Counted from the first letter of the whole stretch, positions 12,811 through 25,595 are shown. The stretch is 63,586 nucleotides of DNA, filler included, from Octopus bimaculoides (GCF_001194135.2; 3 parts of 3 records of this genome joined end to end with filler, not necessarily neighbours in it); one strand, 5' to 3'. Made by a program: numbers and translations. Notes: generated by a model not told the origin, from the sequence alone.

Positions 12811-14703
12811 GGCAGCCATTTTCGCACGTTTGTCATTCAATTTGATAATCGGGTCGCCATGAAGTTAGACATTCAATTTCGTTTTTCGATAATTCAATTT
12901 CGCACTTCGGCCAAAGAATTTAGCATTTACATCATTCAAATTCAAATGCCCGTCAAGAACATTCAAATTAATAGGAATGCGAGGAAGCGTCTTTTCGAGC
13001 ATTCAAATTCGCACATGAGTTCGGAATAAGTTTATTCAGTTTAGCATTAATTTTACATGTATGTTTTTACTCACATTCTAAAAAGTGAATGTTAAAAAGG
13101 ACAAATTTAAATGACATGTTTTGTGATACAAATTTTATTATGTTGCTAGAGCTACAAGGAAGAAAAAAATTACGTGATTCTTCTGTCCACGAAAGTATTT
13201 TTCATTGCAACATTCGTAACCGGCGGGTATCAATTGCATTTTATATCCCCTTCTCGTACACTAATTTGCAATCATGGAGCCACGTGTGAGGTACATGCGT
13301 ATATTGGACGAGGATACGGCAAGGCTGGTTGAGATGCAATAAATGCCCCAAGAACTCTGGAAAAGCGTTAAGAGTACGCGCATTAGTTCATAGAAGAGGG
13401 AGTCATCAGTCATTACGTATTCATTGATGAATGTGGGTATAACATTTGGACTAGGTGGTCTATTGAACAAGCCTCTCGAGGCTTCCTGTCCGCAGAGTTG
13501 TCAACCGTCAGCGTGGGAAAAACTGCAATGTCACTTTTGCGGTGTCGAGAGAAATCGGCCTGGTTCACCACACCATTGCGAACGAAACCGTTACACGAAA
13601 CTCTTTCGAGGAGTACTTGGTGGAAACAGTTCGAGCATGTGCCGACATGTTCCCAACAGATGAATCTGTCTACTTGATCTACGACAATGCGCGGTCACAC
13701 GTTCGTGCCGAGCTCCCAGCTGACGCTAACCCACGGGTCAGTCTGAAACTCTTGCCTCCCTACACGCTGTTTCTCAATTCTACAGAAATAGCGCATTCTG
13801 CATTTAAGGTGTCTGTCATGCGGGACCTCGCTCGAGCTGAGCTGCAGCAAAGGGTTGCAGCAAAAGGCAGCTGGAGAAGAAGCCGGCATGACCATGGAAG
13901 AATAGCGAGCACATGACATACAACATGTGTCTAGGCGTAACATCGACGCCATCAATCCAGAAAATTGTGTTCGTTGTGATAGACACACCCAGACCTACCT
14001 CCCGCGATGCTTCGACTGCCATTAAATAGAAGGCTAAACCCACTCAAGCGAATTCTCCTTATCAAGAATGTAAATCAATAATTATCTTAGGGTACATAGC
14101 ACCCTTTCCCCGATGAAAGAAAAGATGCAAAATCAAAGAAGTATATATTTTTCCCAACAAAACATTATGCAAAGAAAAAACATATATCACAACATAATAT
14201 ATTCAAAATCAAAGAAAATGCGCATTTGTTGTTATTGTGGGTTTCTTTAAAAAGATTGAAAAGGCTGGAATACGATTTCATGAAGTCTTTAACAATAAAT
14301 ATATGTACCTTTCCAAAAATAAAAGAATACATAAAAAAAACATGGGTGCGACAGACTGTCTGAAGCATAAACAATGGATGAAAACATTTGATTATGATAA
14401 CAATGATCATGGGATAAAATCAAAACAGCTATCGTGCTAATTTGATTGCTCGAAGTGTTAAATAGATTGCTCCGAAACAAATTTGAATGCTCAAGAAGAC
14501 GCTTCCTCACATTTCGATTAATTTGAATGCTCTCGACGGGCCTTTTAATTTGAATGATGTAAATGCTAAATTTTTTGACCGAAGTGCGAAATTGAATGAG
14601 CGAAAAACGAAATTGAATGTCTAACTTCATGGCGCCAATTTTTTTCGCTACTTTGATTGACCCGATTATCAAATTGAATGACAATCGTAGGAAAATGACA
14701 GCA
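12811..14703 (+). mobile_element. IS630/Tc1-superfamily transposon, internally deleted, with ~200-230 bp internally repetitive TIRs
   Basis: YVFIDECGYNIWTR (D at 13426), RGKNCNVTFAVSREIGLVHH, YLIYDNARSH (D at 13683), LLPPYTLFLNSTE (E at 13785). Inverted repeats at 12811-~13010 and ~14475-14703; both translate to MKLDIQFRFS.IQFRTS in the ORF track. Confidence 0.85.
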
Positions 14704-14719
14704 AAAACCAATATTATTA

Positions 14720-15358
14720 TATGTTTGGCTTTTGCTTTGTATTTGTACAAGTTGACTACAAGTCTCACCCAGAGACCTCAACAGACAACATATTAGAAGT
14801 GCAAGTGGGTGTTATGACTAGGGTGCCATATATATGGTTTTGCACAAAGTATTGTTCCACAGAATGTCTGTCAAAACGTAAGTTTGTTTTAAAAGTAATT
14901 TGATTATAAGATGAAAGCCTGATATCAAGATGACAGTAAAAGGTGTTTGTTGTTATGTACATTTAAAAGTATTTTGACACTGTTTACAGATTGAAATATT
15001 TGGGGGATTACACAGACAATATTTTACGTAGGATACGTTTCAATGTGCACTTTTTTAAAATCTTTCCATTTTTGGATTTCCTAGTATCTGATCTAGGTAG
15101 CAATCAGCCCCTTTGGTTATCATTCCTGGGGCACCTATGACAAGAATTGTTTTTGTCTTGAGGTTCTACACTTTGTCAATTTCTATTTCGAGATCTTTAT
15201 ACTTGCTAAGTTTTTGGTAGGTCTTGACAGATACATTTATGTCAATTGGGACAGACATATCAAAGAGGAGATATGTTTTTTGTCTGAAGTCCTTCAATGT
15301 AGTGTCTGGCCTATTTCCATCTATCTTTCTGTCAGCTTGAACAGTGAAGTTCCAATTA
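14720..15358 (-). mobile_element. R4/Dong-like RLE non-LTR retrotransposon, 5'-truncated (endonuclease C-terminus plus 3' UTR)
   Basis: WNFTVQADRKIDGNRPDTTLKDFRQKTYLLFDMSVPIDINVSVKTYQKLSKYKDLEIEI matches the RPD...D...K restriction-like endonuclease pattern. 3' UTR shared with 45757 and 62665. Flanked by TTATTA and (TTC)n(ATT)n. Confidence 0.85.
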
Positions 15359-15366
15359 TTGTTTTT

Positions 15367-15390
15367 GTTCTTCTTCTTCTTCTTCTTCTT

Positions 15391-15474
<84 letters not shown>
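15367..15474. repeat. compound (TTC)n(ATT)n microsatellite
   Basis: Direct reading; it explains the poly-N/poly-K run in ORF 15166..15642. Confidence 0.95.
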
Positions 15475-15475
<1 letters not shown>

Positions 15476-16205
15476 GCACAGTAGTGGATGGCAAAGTTAG
15501 AAATGCGAAACTTGTTATCAAATAATACAATAAAGGTAACAGTCAAGCTGATGTTAACATATTTAATGCAGCGAGCATTAAGAATTATGTAGACCAAAAG
15601 AAAAATTATATCAGTCATTAATATTACTTGCTTTTTCGACAAGAACGGGAGACAACTATTGGGATATTATGTTGCTATTACTCTGACTTCATTATTAAAG
15701 CACAACCTTCAGCATACTTGACAAAGTTATCATATAAAGACACTAATTTAATGTACAGAAATATACATTAGTTGGCGTAGAAAACAGAATTAACCAGTTT
15801 TATCTTTTTTTTTTTTATTAATATCTGTAGTAAATATGTTACCACTCATCTATTGGTTTTATGTAAATGGCATCTCTGAATTATTCTTTCAAAAGAATGG
15901 TGAGATGGTGAGCAATACAGCAGATATGGTGTGAATTACCGTCTATCTAATTAACTATTCAACATGTGTTACTGGCCTTCGTTATACATACCAGATATTT
16001 CGAAAATATACGTGAACATCTGAAGAAGCTATTAATCTCAAGAAATTTGCTTTCAGTGTTTTTGTTTTTTAGATCAGTTTCAACATTATTTATTAATTTA
16101 TAAAATTAAGATGTTTTATCATAGCGTTTCTGCTTACACGATGATATAATATTTTAATTAATTACACGTTTTTAGATGCGTTTTATATATACATACATAT
16201 ATATG

Positions 16206-16253
<48 letters not shown>

Positions 16254-17489
16254 CCGAATGGGTCATTAATGAAGGAGAAATGCGCATAGATTTCGTGGTG
16301 CTGCTGACTATCAAATTCAAATAATAGGGTGAAATATGTGTCTGATATTCTATTTGTTTGTAGAAAGTACAGGAGAAATCGAGCTCTAAAATACTTTAAA
16401 TCAGATATTCAGTACCTTGTGTAAGAGAAATGAAACGCAGTGAATGTAATAGAGGAACGTTAGAGTTGCATTTATTGGCTGGACATAAGATGATAGGAGC
16501 GATCCGTAAGCAATTCACTGAAACGAGAGTTTGTATCGATAAAAATGAAAAATGGAGAAGTTTCTGTGTAACATTGGATAAATCAATATAACTTATCTAG
16601 AAGTAAATACTAACGGTGAATTCTCCAGCAACTATGAACTGCATATATCCGAGAGAAACAGAAACCTAGTTCATTACTAAGAGAATGTCTTGCGCTATTT
16701 GTTTTGGCTCATTACCTTCTGAGTTCATATCCGATTGATATTTAAAATTGGAAACAAGCAAACTCCCAATGCTTAAAAAATCAGAAGCAATCAAAAGCTG
16801 AAAAGATTAGAAATGTTATATTAATTTTTGAACCGAAGGAGATCCTCCATAGATTTTAAGCATGTCATTTCCACCGAGAGATCAGAGTGCTGTGCTAAAT
16901 ATTTAAAGTCTTAATTTATTTCATAATTCGAAGAAGTATAACCATCGCAGCTAGGTTATATAATTGATGATTTATCTTATGTAACTATTTAGCATATGAC
17001 GTTATAATAGTTTCATTCAGCATGGCTTATATATATATAACATAACCAATTTGATAGCTCGAAATAAAAGTAGTAACCAAGCCAAATAAGTCATCTAAAT
17101 GCAATGAAATTAAATATACAACTATTTGAAATTATTAAATTGCAAGTTCCTAACAAAGGCACTTGTCATGGAACCAAAGCGTCATTATAAGAGGATATCT
17201 AGAAAAATAAAACACATCAAATATGAGAAAGACGCATTCAGGAGCAGACATACTCAATACACACGATCCATCAAATTCCGAAGTATATTAATTTCTACCT
17301 GACAATCTCAGTATAACTGACACCTGAATGAGAAAGCGTTCATCAATGCTGGAATTGCTTTATCAGAATACTTAGAATACTTCAAAAAGTTCCGGGAAAA
17401 TTGGCCCAGTCCATAGAAAACTCAATAGCACTGCCTGGAAAAGACATTTAATGATGTTTCATATTATAGTCATTCTTTGAGCACCGTAG

Positions 17490-17860
17490 CCCATTCGAGT
17501 TAAGAGTTATTGTTTGCAGCGATATATCCGGGTGTAGCTGGTTTATCTGGAATTTGTTGCAGATATATGTCCAAGAACCGCTTAAATGTTGAGATCTGTT
17601 TCTCCTTTTAAGTGTCCCGGCATCATTTTAAAGAGAGAAGTGCCAGTTGAGGTGAAATACTTTTGTCTTAGTGTTGTGATATGATGCGAGTATAATTTTT
17701 GTAGAGAACGGTTGACAGGAGAATCAAAGTTTGGATTGATTATTGAGGTTGATGCTAACATAATTTGGGCAATGCTATTGGAATATTTTCCACAACTTAC
17801 AAATGATATAGCGCTGGCGGCGGTATTGAAGAAAGTAGATCTGATTGAGAATTGGTGAAT
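17490..17860 (-). mobile_element. CR1/L2-group LINE 3' end (post-RT region), degenerate
   Basis: Minus-strand frames give LQYRRQRYIICKLWKIF, TLRQKYFTSTGTSLFKMMPGHLKGETDLNI and FKRFLDIYLQQIPDKPATPGY. These match the RRRERY..WKI, LFNxLP and FKxxLDxxLxxIPDxP motifs. Confidence 0.75.
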
Positions 17861-18290
17861 CATTTCAAGTAAGTGGACCAAAAATAGATATCTAATCTGT
17901 CTAACGCATCTTTTTTTATATACTGAACAATGTTAAACCAAGTAGTGCAGACACAAATATAAATAACTTCAAATAACAAAAAAATTATGGGCTACAAGCA
18001 GTTCTTGTATTTTCTTTAGCAATGACAGGAATCCCATTAGCAACAACTACAACATGGATACTCAGCAAACTGTATATTGACTTACCTACTTTTCGAAACA
18101 ATAGGATAAAATTCTGTCTGAGGATTAGCTATCAGGAATAGAATCTAAAGGAGAAAGTTTTTGCTTTGCTGTTATACACTACAAACCAATAACGAATGGG
18201 TAAAATCCCAGGACAATTGTAAATTAGAATCTGTAACAGATGCCTTAACAATCACGATGGTAACAGCGATGAAGTAAAGCCTCAGGTTTA

Positions 18291-18347
<57 letters not shown>

Positions 18348-18463
18348 GTATGTATGCATGCATGCATGCATGCATGCATGTATGTATGTGTATATATTTA
18401 TGTACGTACGTATGTATGTATGTATGTATGTATACAGGAATATGTGACTGTGCGTGTGAGTCT

Positions 18464-18503
<40 letters not shown>

Positions 18504-19363
18504 GTGTGTGTGTGCATGTGTGTGTGTATGCGTGTATACTATTTGTTTGTTGGTCGGATCAGCAAAAAATTACTCAGTCCAGAAAAATAAATATCATATG
18601 ATATACATGTACATTATATGCATTACATATATGTGCATGTGTGTGTGTGTGTGTGTGTGTGTATGTATTTGCATGTATGTATATATGTAATGTATGCGTG
18701 TAGCTATATGCTGTACGTATATATTCATGAATATATATATACATACTCATATATCACACACACACATATACGTACACACACCCACAAACCTATATATATA
18801 TATTGCATTATTAGTGGTAATTGGTAGTTTTTGAGTTTTAGCATCAATACTGTGGAGTTAATCTAGTGCCTAATGGAATAACCCAAATGTTGGCATGAAT
18901 ACAGATACAGCAAACACAGACAGGCCTTGTTTCATTGCAGGCAGAGGAGTCATATTTTTATCTTTTGATCGTTACTGTATAAGATATTTTCGCCCACTTT
19001 TAAATACCTGTAGCACCCCCGTGCCTTATGTCATTGAAGTGCCCTAATCATTGATAGTGAACTTGCAACTGGTTTCTTTGTCATTGCTTATACTTAGGCA
19101 AGTACATTTATACATTTATGCTGGTCAGACTCCTCCCTGTAGAAGCTCTTCTTCATATCATTCTTGTCTGGACATATAACATGAAGAAGTTAATTATTAG
19201 GCCTGTCTTTTCTGTGAACCAACTACATACCCTTCAGGTTTCCGTATAAAAAGTTAACGTCTTCATTGTAAGTATAAATAACACCACAGATAAGCTTCTT
19301 GAAATATACTTTGTTAATTAAAATTTTATCATATCAGAGGTAATGTTATCATCATTTGTATTT

Positions 19364-19533
19364 AGGTGCAGGAGTGGCTGTGTGGTAAGTAGCTTGCCTA
19401 CCATACACATGGTTCTGGGTTCAGTCCCACTGCGTGGCACCTTGGGCAAGTGTCTTCTACTATAGCCTCGGGCCGACCAAAGCCTTGTGAGTGGATTTGG
19501 TAGACGGAAACTGAAAGATGCCCGTCGTATATA

Positions 19534-19587
<54 letters not shown>

Positions 19588-19782
19588 TGTGTGTTTGTGT
19601 GTCTGTGTTTGTCGCTTGATAACCGATGCTGGTGTGTTTACGTCCCCGTAACTTGGCGGTTCAGCAAAAGAGACCGATAGAATAAGTACTAGGCTTACAA
19701 AGAATAAGTCCTGGGGTCGATTTGCTCGACTAAAGGCAGTGCTCCAGCATGGCCGCAGTCGAATGACTGAAACAAGTAAAAG
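19364..19782 (+). mobile_element. tRNA-derived SINE, family A (CORE-like domain), full length with internal (TA)n
   Basis: A-box-like TGGCTGTGTGG at 19375, B-box-like GGTTCAGTCCC at 19418, CACCTTGGGCAAGTGTCTT core-like segment, tail GCTCCAGCATGGCCGCAGTC...GAAACAAGTAAAAG. Confidence 0.85.
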
Positions 19783-19789
19783 GGTAACT

Positions 19790-20500
19790 TCGATTTGGTG
19801 AACCAGGTTGAAGTGAAGCTGTCTAGAACTTTGATTACACTCTCAGAAAATTTAGTAAGTCAAAGGAAATCCAGCAGGCGTTCGGCCGTAGTGATCTTGT
19901 TACTAACCGAATGGACGAACAGGAACAGGTTCAGATAGGTTGTATACGTTTTATGCATAAGATTTTGACTGGCAATTCGCCCGTCGTTCTCATAATGCGA
20001 GTATTTTTGTTTTTTGTTATCTTTGCTATCTTTGATATCAGAGTTGTTTCAAGGCCGGACAGATTAGTAAATTTATACCTCCTCTGTGAGCCAGCAAATA
20101 TCACGAGTAAACGGTAAATATTGTACCAGTAACTAACATTTAAATCTTTCCCTAGTACTTCCCTCTCTTGAAATTTTTCCTTCACGATTTCAATAATATC
20201 ATAGGGATACTGTGGTAATTGCTTTTCACCATATGCAAGAACAATCCTGTTTTTCAGGTTTTCATTGCTATCATGCTTCTTGGTTAAACTTCTCACAACA
20301 GATTTAGTTTTGCCTATAATTTCTAGATAAAAAACTCTTAGTTTTATTCATTGTCGCTCTCACTTTTGTGTCGGCACTTGATTGGTATTTCGACAGAGAT
20401 TCTTTCGGTTTACTCTCTTTCCATGTCAGAGTTTCTCACTGAAACGGCTGTCTGATGCTGATCCCTCTGTACTCAAGGGCTTTCTTGTTACTGTCTCCAT
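19790..20500 (-). pseudogene. frameshifted ~700-bp coding relic, possibly LINE ORF1-like
   Basis: Starts METVTRKPLSTEGSASDSRFSEK. Two frameshifts lead into a 121-aa open frame (RIVLAYGEKQLPQYPYDIIEIVKEKF...YRLLVIFAGSQ...TRIMRTTGELPVK). Family not recognised with certainty. Confidence 0.35.
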
Positions 20501-21020
20501 AGGTTCGAACCGTTATATTCTTCAATATTTGTGAAAAGTAGTGTTATTTATTTGTTTGCATTTGATAGATATAGCCGGATTCCTCATTGCCTTCTTTAGA
20601 TCAACGATCTCTGTTTACGTATCCAAATCCATTTTTTCTTTTGTATTCATACACGTTTTGTATACATCATTATATGTGTATGTATTTATGCTCATATGCA
20701 AGCACCTACACACGCACACAACTCACACATACAGCATTCAATTATATTAATAACAACCCTGAAATTTAAAGTACGCCTTAGGCACATAGCAAATTTATCT
20801 TAATATTCAGGGTAAAGGAATTTTAAAGGGCTTTCTTCCTATTAATTTTATTAATAAATAGAGTGGAAAGAATAAGGGCGTGAAACGATTTTGTATACTC
20901 ATACAGTTTTATCCCTTTATCCATGGGTGTATCCAAAAATAGCATCACGTGTGCTCGTGCTGCATAAATGTTTGAGGAGACACTTCCGAAAATGAGAGTA
21001 TGATTATATATAAATATACA

Positions 21021-21024
<4 letters not shown>

Positions 21025-21104
<80 letters not shown>
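21025..21104. repeat. (TG)n microsatellite
   Basis: Direct reading. Confidence 0.95.
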
Positions 21105-21105
<1 letters not shown>

Positions 21106-21194
21106 ATGTATGCATGTATGTATGTATATATTATGTATGTATGTATGTATATATGTATGTATATATGTATGTATGTATGTATGTATATATTTTA

Positions 21195-21557
21195 CTTTTT
21201 CCAATCATTAGACTGCACCCATACTAGGCACCACTTTGAAGCATTTTCAGTTCAATGAATCAACCCCAGGACTTATTTTTTAAAGCCTGATACTTATTCT
21301 ATTGGTCTCTTTTGCCAAACCACTAAGTTATGGGGATGTAAACACACCAACACTGGTTGTCAAGCAGTAGTGGCAGACAAACACACACACAAATAAATAT
21401 ATATATATACATCTGTATACAATGGTCTTCTAGTTTCTATCTTCCAAATCCACTCACAAGGCTTTGGTCATCCTGAGACTAAAGTATCATGCAGTGGGAC
21501 TGAACCCAGAACCATGTGGTAAGGAAGCAAACTTCTTACCACACAGCCACACCTATG
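21195..21557 (-). mobile_element. SINE family A, diverged full-length copy
   Basis: Reverse complement aligns by eye with 19364-19782 (TGTGGCTGTGTGGTAAGAAG...GGTTCAGTCCCACTGC). Confidence 0.8.
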
Positions 21558-21592
21558 CTTTTCTCATTACTTTTCTTTCTTTCTTTTCACCC

Positions 21593-21629
<37 letters not shown>

Positions 21630-22442
21630 TATCCAATTATTTGTTGCTGTTGTTTTCAATGAGGTAATTGTTGCTTTGCATTGCCAGTTGTTGACGGTAA
21701 TATTGTTATTCTCGTCGTTGCTGTTGCTGCTGTTGTTGTTGCCCTCAAATGACTATTGTAAACCCTTGAAGAACAGTATCTGATTCATGCAAATCTGCAG
21801 AGACTGCAATTACCATCTAACACCCATTGTTATTGTCTCTTCTCCACCACCACAGGGTCTTTTTTCCTGACTGTGCTTAGTAGTTTTAAAATTAGAAAAT
21901 TAGAGTTAGTTCACACAATCCACCCCTTTCTTTAGATTTGGAGATCTAATCACAGTGGCTCTGCCTGCTTAGATGGCTGTGGAAACTAGCAAGCTGTAAG
22001 TTTTACATTAGAGTGACTTTTTCCCTGGTGATTTACCTTACAGAGCTGGAGATCTCCAACTATCCTGGAGTTGTCAAAACATGTCAAAGAAGGCACCAGA
22101 CCATCTGAGACTCCACTCATTGATATGCTGTCCAGATGACTTCTCTAGTTTTTTTATTTTCCAAAGGCACTCACAAGGCAGTGAGAATCTGTGTTTGGAG
22201 TTTCTTCCATAAGATGCTAATAAAGCCCATTACTGAGACCTTGACAAGTGCTACTAATCTGGATCAGAGTAGACCTCAAATCAAACGTGGCTCAGAGATG
22301 GTTCCACATTCCTCAAAACCCTGCAACTCCCAAACCAGAGCTCCACTACTGGATGCAGTTTCAAGTCATTCACAGGACAAACATGTACAATATGTGGATG
22401 ACAAATGGATTTGAATGCATCGAGTAGACATGTAGCGTATGT

Positions 22443-22660
22443 GTAGGCACATGGCTTAGGGTTTTGGACTCATGAGCATAAGATTGTGGTTTTAGTTCCT
22501 GGACTGGGCAATACTTCATTTCTCATTGCTCCAGTCCACTCAGCTGGAAAAAGTGTAATCCTGCGACTGACCAGTGCCCTGTCCAGTTGAGGAATATATA
22601 CATCATGAAACTGAGAAACTGGCCTTATGAGTCTGTATGACTTGAGAAGGTAACTTTACC
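22443..22660 (+). mobile_element. SINE family C inserted in a minisatellite region
   Basis: TGGCTTAGGG...TTGCTCCAGTCCACTCAGCTGG, shared with 4617. Confidence 0.7.
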
Positions 22661-22671
22661 TTCTTTTTTAC

Positions 22672-23232
22672 ACATGGATGTCAAATGGGTATGTAGGGTA
22701 AGTGGATGACAAATGGACCTGAATGTGTGAAGGACATGTGGATGTCAAATGGACATGCAGAAGCATGGATGTCAAATGGACATGCAGAAACATGAATGTC
22801 AAATGGACATGCAGAAACATGAATGTCAAATGGACATGTAATGTATATGGAAGTCAAGTTGACATATAGAAATAGTGTATGCGGATGTCAAGTTGACATG
22901 CGAATGTCAAATGGAAATGTGTATGTCAAGTGGGTAAGTAGGGCATATTAATGTCAAGTAGATATGTAGAGAATCAAGCAGAGAGGTGGAGGGAGTGAAT
23001 GGATATCAAGTCAGTAGTTGGGAATAGATATCAAACAGACAGATGGGACAGCAACAAATAGATAACCAAAAAAGACAGGCAAGAGGAGTGAAAAAGATAT
23101 CAAACTGATATATGGGAGGCAAACAAATAGACATCAGTTAGACAGATGGGAGGGGCATATAGATATCAAACTGACAGGTGGGAGGGGAACAAATAGATAT
23201 CAAGCAGATATGTGGGAGGAGCAAACAGATAC
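22672..23232 (+). repeat. 27-bp minisatellite grading into a degenerate ~33-bp repeat
   Basis: GATGTCAAATGGACATGCAGAA(G/A)CATG starting at 22741, 22768, 22795 and 22822, followed by GATATCAAAC..A..TGGGAGG...AAATA units at 23027-23232. Confidence 0.85.
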
Positions 23233-23244
23233 TATGTGAACATA

Positions 23245-23420
23245 TGAAAGTGAGGGTGACACCGCCTTGAAGAGTTTGGTTGAACGAATCAACCTCTGAA
23301 CTTATTTTCAAGTCTGCTACGCATTCTATCGGTCACTTTTGCTGAACTGCTAAAGTATGGGGATATAAACAAACCAACACCAGTTGGCAAGTGCTGGTGA
23401 GGAAAAAACCCTAATACAAA
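23245..23420 (-). mobile_element. SINE family A 3' half
   Basis: Reverse complement of the family A tail (TTTTGCTGAACTGCTAAAGTATGGGGATATAAAC). Confidence 0.65.
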
Positions 23421-23457
23421 GACATGCACCCACACAAACATACACACACACATACAC

Positions 23458-23504
<47 letters not shown>

Positions 23505-23531
23505 TACACACACACACACTTATAAGTACAC

Positions 23532-23905
23532 AGGTACAGGTATGGCTGTGTGGTAAGAAGCTTGCTTCCCAACCACATGGTTCTGGGTTCTGTCCCATTG
23601 CATGGCACCTTGGGCAAGTGTCTTCTACTATAGCCTCAGGCTGACCAAAATCTTGTGAGTGGATTTGGTAGACAGAAACTGAAAGAAGCCCATTGTATCA
23701 ATGTGTGTGTGTGTGTGTACCTTTGTGCCTGTTTTTGTCCCACTCCACCACTTGACAACTGGTGTTGGTGTGTTTACAACCCTGTAACTTAGCAGTTCAA
23801 CAAAAGACACCAATAGAATAAGTGCTAAACTTTAGAAAAAAGTCTTAGGGTCAATCTGTGCAGTGCTCCAGCATGGTCACAGTCAAATGACTGAAAAAAA
23901 TAAAT
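23532..23905 (+). mobile_element. SINE family A, full length
   Basis: TGGCTGTGTGGTAAGAAGC...CACCTTGGGCAAGTGTCTTCTACTATAGCC...GCTCCAGCATGGTCACAGTC. Confidence 0.85.
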
Positions 23906-23949
23906 GAAAAAGATATATACTCACACACACACATACATGTGTGTGTGTA

Positions 23950-24415
23950 TATTCAAAGGGCTTCACACAGTTTCTTATTTCTTTATTGCCCACAAGGGGC
24001 TAAACATAGAGGGGACAAACAAGGACAGACAAAGGGATTAAGTTGATTACATTGANNNNNNNNNNAGGGGACAAACAAGGACAGACAAAGGGATTAAGTT
24101 GATTACATTGACCCCAGTGCATAACTGGTACTTATTTAATTGACTCCGAAAGGATGAAAGACACAGTCAACCTCGGCAGAATTTGAACTCAGAACGTAAC
24201 GGCAGACAAAATACCGCTAAGCATTTCGCTTGGTGTGTTAACGTTTCTGCCAGCTCGCCACCTTCACGCAGTTTCTATCAAGCAAATTCACTCACAAGGC
24301 AATGGTCAAATCAAGGCTATAACAGAAGGCACTCACCCAAGGTAGCATCGAGTAGGACTGAACCTGAAATTATGTAGTGGCAAAGCAAGCTTCTTAACCA
24401 CACAGCCAGGCCTGC
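23950..24415 (-). mobile_element. SINE family A head interrupted by a SINE family B copy (23976-24261)
   Basis: TSD CTTCAC(A/G)CAGTTTCT at 23961-23975 and 24262-24276. Family B head reads AAGGTGGCGAGCTGGCAGAAACGTTAACAC on the minus strand. Confidence 0.85.
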
Positions 24416-24659
24416 AAATATATACTGTTTTCTAGTGAGGGTCAAGGCTGGATGGCTTTGGATCATAGGTTTGTTCCATTAGAGTTTGTCTTGGATTACA
24501 CAACAGTAATTTGCACTGGAAATGGACCTTATACTTAACCCTCTTGATACCAACCCACCTGAGGCTACCTGTGGTTAAATAATAGAAACTTTCTGTTTTA
24601 AAGTGATCAAAATTAAAAACTATTAATATTTTATGTTAATTTATGTTCCAAACACTTGT

Positions 24660-25595
24660 TTAATAATGGTTTCAAATTTTGGCACAAGGCCAGCAATTTT
24701 GGGGGAGGAGTTAAGTCAGTTACACTGACTCCAGTGCACAACTGGTCCTTATTTTATTGACCCTAAAAGGAGGAAAAGCAAAGTCAACCATGGCAGAATT
24801 TGAACTCAGAATGTAAAGATGACCAAAATGTTGCTTAGCATTTTGCTCAGCATGCTCATGATTCTGCTAATGATTCTTATTCCTTTATTGCCCACAAGGG
24901 GCTAAACACAGAGGTGACAAACAAGGACAGACAAAGGGATTAAGTCGATCACATCGACCCCAGCACATAACTGGTACTTAATTTATCGACCCCGAAAGGA
25001 TGAAAGGCAAAGTCGACCTCGGCGGAATTTGAACTCAGAACATAACGGCAAACGAAATAGCACTAAGTATTTCGCCCGGTGTGCTAACGTTTCTGTTAAT
25101 GATTGTGCCAGCTCCCCACCTTATAAATAATGATTTCAAATTGTGGCACAAAACCTGTAATTTTGAGGGTAGGGCTAAGTCAACCCCAGTGCAAAACTGG
25201 TATTTATTTCATTGACCTCAAAAGGATAGAAGGCAAAGTCAACCTTCGTGAAATTTGATCTCAGAATGTAAAGACAGATGAAATGTCCAGGAGCATTTTG
25301 CATGGAACGTTAACAGTTCTGCCAACTCACCACCTTAAACAACAACAACAACAATAATAATAATAATAATCCTTTCTACTATAGACACAAGGCCTGAAAT
25401 TTGGGGGAGGGGCATAGTTGATTACATCGAGCCCAGTGCACAGCTGGTACTTATTTCATCGAACCCAAAAGGATGAAAGGCAAAAATCGACTTTAGTGGA
25501 ATTTGAACTCAGAACATGTAGCTAGACAAAATGCCACCAGTCACCAAGCATTTTACCCATCATGCTAACAATTCTGTCATGTCACCTGTTTAATA
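24660..25595 (-). mobile_element. head-to-tail cluster of four SINE family B copies, one nested
   Basis: Repeated CCCCAGTGC..AACTGGTACTTA..TTATCGACCCC.AAAGGATGAAAGGCAAAGTC.ACC..GGC.GAATTTGAACTCAGAA, separated by TAA-rich tails. Confidence 0.85.

Noticed and set aside
17582-17881. 99-aa ORF with a GPCR TM7-like SIINP stretch
   Set aside because: Adjacent frames give clear CR1-group LINE motifs; the ORF is a frameshifted LINE relic.
19364-19440. tRNA-like heads with A/B boxes
   Set aside because: They continue into SINE bodies and do not give a full cloverleaf; not called as tRNA genes.
24005-24115. ~50-bp direct repeat inside a SINE
   Set aside because: It straddles a 10-N gap, so it is most likely an unmerged contig overlap.
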